Below, piece after piece: positions 62,839 to 64,000 of a DNA stretch of 64,000 nucleotides (positions within the stretch are counted from its first letter, which is position 1; each line of letters opens with the position of its first letter). Source of the DNA: an uncultured Chloroflexia bacterium. GTDB taxonomy: Bacteria > Chloroflexota > Limnocylindria > Limnocylindrales > CSP1-4. The notes beneath the pieces were generated by a model that was given only the letters and a program-made list of their open reading frames with translations, was not told where the DNA came from and did not search any database. A program made the position numbers and the translations under genes. The DNA lies in NCBI GenBank assembly GCA_963842695.1, contig CAWJHK010000004.1, positions 28,420-92,419 on the forward strand, read 5' to 3'.

Positions 62839-63978
62839 GGAGCGAGCGGCAGCTGGTCGAGACCGGCCGTCTCGGGCAGGCCGTGGACGAGGTTGAACGA
62901 CTGGATCCCCTGGCCGGCCGCGCCCTTGACCAGGTTGTCCTCGACACCGATCGCCAGGATCCGGCCCGTCCGCGGGTCGTATGAGACGTGGACGCGGACC
63001 TCGTTGCTGCCGGTCACGTGCTTGGTCGCCGGCGGGGTCGCCACGACCGTCACGAACGGCTCGCCGGTGTAGGCCTCGGCATACAGCTCGTCGAGCTCGC
63101 CCTGGCTGACCGGGCGGGTCGGCCGGACGTGACAGGCCGACAGGATGCCCCGCGTCATCGGGATGAGGTGGGGGAGGAAGTCGACCGCGGCGATGCCCGG
63201 GTTGGCGGCCGGGTCGAGCCCCGCGCGCTCGGCGATGACCGCGAGCTCCTGCTCGATCTCCGCGACGTGGCGGTGGCCGCCGATCCCGTACGCCTTCACG
63301 CTCTCGTTGACCTCGGCGAACATCAGGTCGGCCTTGGCCTCGCGGCCGGCGCCGGACACGCCGCTCTTGGCATCGACCACGAGATCGGCGATCAGCCCGG
63401 CCCGTGCCAGCGGGGCGAGGGCCAGGACGGTCGCGGTCGGGTAGCAGCCGGGCACCCCGACGATCGCCACCGGCGCGTCGACCAGGGCGGCCAGCTCGGC
63501 GCGATGGAGCTCGGGCAGTCCGTAGACGGCCTGGGTCAGCAGGTCGGCCCGTGGGTGCTCGAAGCCGTACCAGCGCGGGTAGTCGGCCAGGCTCCGCAGG
63601 CGGAAGTCGGGGCCCTGGTCGAAGACGGCCGTGCCGGCCGCCACGAGGTCGGGGACGAGCGCCGGCCGCGGCCCCGTGCGGCAGGGCCATGAACACGGCG
63701 TCGACCGGCGGCAGGTCCGAATCGATCGCCCGTTCCGTGCCGGCCAGGTGCGGATGAACCCCCGCGATCGGGTCGTTGTCGCGGCCGCGACCGGTCAGCC
63801 CGACCAGGTCGACGTTGGGGTGCCGGGCCAGCAGCCGGATCAGCTCGGCCCCGACGAACCCCGTCGCCCCGATGATCCCGACACGGACGCGGCGCGGGCC
63901 GCCGGCCGGATCGACTCCCCGCTCGGTGCGGGGGAGCATCACGGCGCCGGTCTGGGCGGGCAGATGGGTCGTGGTCAT
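62835..63978 (-). CDS. argC: N-acetyl-gamma-glutamyl-phosphate reductase (one frameshift at about 63650; alternative start at about 63939)
   Basis: VGIIGATGFVGAELIRLLARHP...VFMALPHG (ORF 61462..63978 frame). PGCYPTATVLALAPL, DAKSGVSGAGR, NLVKGAAGQGIQSFNL (ORF 62835..63644). Confidence 0.9.
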
Positions 63979-64000
63979 GACCGCATGACTATACAGGCGC

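Overview
A 64-kb chromosomal segment with very high G+C (roughly 70-75% by eye, GC3 near saturation). Gene content looks like Actinomycetota; I cannot place it more precisely without a search. I support about 58 protein-coding genes. I found no rRNA, tRNA, CRISPR array, transposase or integrase.

Layout, left to right:
- 1-12.5 kb: a phosphate/polyphosphate island. It holds pstS-pstC-pstA, a receiver-less OmpR-type wHTH remnant, a coiled-coil plus Ala/Lys/Pro-rich histone-H1-like protein, ppx, a CYTH-CHAD fusion, ppk1, a DUF971-YbjQ-membrane trio and a divergent P-type ATPase.
- 12.5-23 kb: an ABC-2 exporter, a catalytically degenerate ATP-dependent DNA-ligase-like gene, an S9 peptidase, DUF2182 with a thioredoxin-like gene, deoC, a hydrolase and a K+ channel.
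- 23-25 kb: MerR plus an MFS transporter.
- 25-28.8 kb: a translationally coupled methyltransferase / FAD-oxidoreductase / SRPBCC / KAS operon.
- 28.8-40 kb: a PfkB kinase, a PG-binding MepA-like endopeptidase, an aldehyde-dehydrogenase pair, and several ABC-2 and EamA exporters.
- 40-51 kb: a galactoside locus with GH2 lacZ, a GH36 alpha-galactosidase, a sugar ABC transporter, DeoR and galT.
- 51-64 kb: argH running in frame into add, a TetR / FAD-monooxygenase pair with tandem palindromic operators, DinB-like plus GAF histidine kinase, and argC-J-B-R-G.

The most striking global property is the frameshift pattern. Two long blocks (about 1-6.4 kb and about 15.6-38.4 kb) and a few isolated genes carry many single-base frameshifts, so real genes appear as 2-6 ORF fragments in the six-frame track. 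Other blocks (6.5-15.6 kb, 38.5-40.2 kb, 43.3-47.3 kb, 54.5-63.6 kb) are clean. Coordinates of frameshifted genes were reconstructed by stitching ORF fragments and are approximate (+/- a few nt to tens of nt at uncertain starts).

All product calls come from motif and family recognition by eye. No database search was run.
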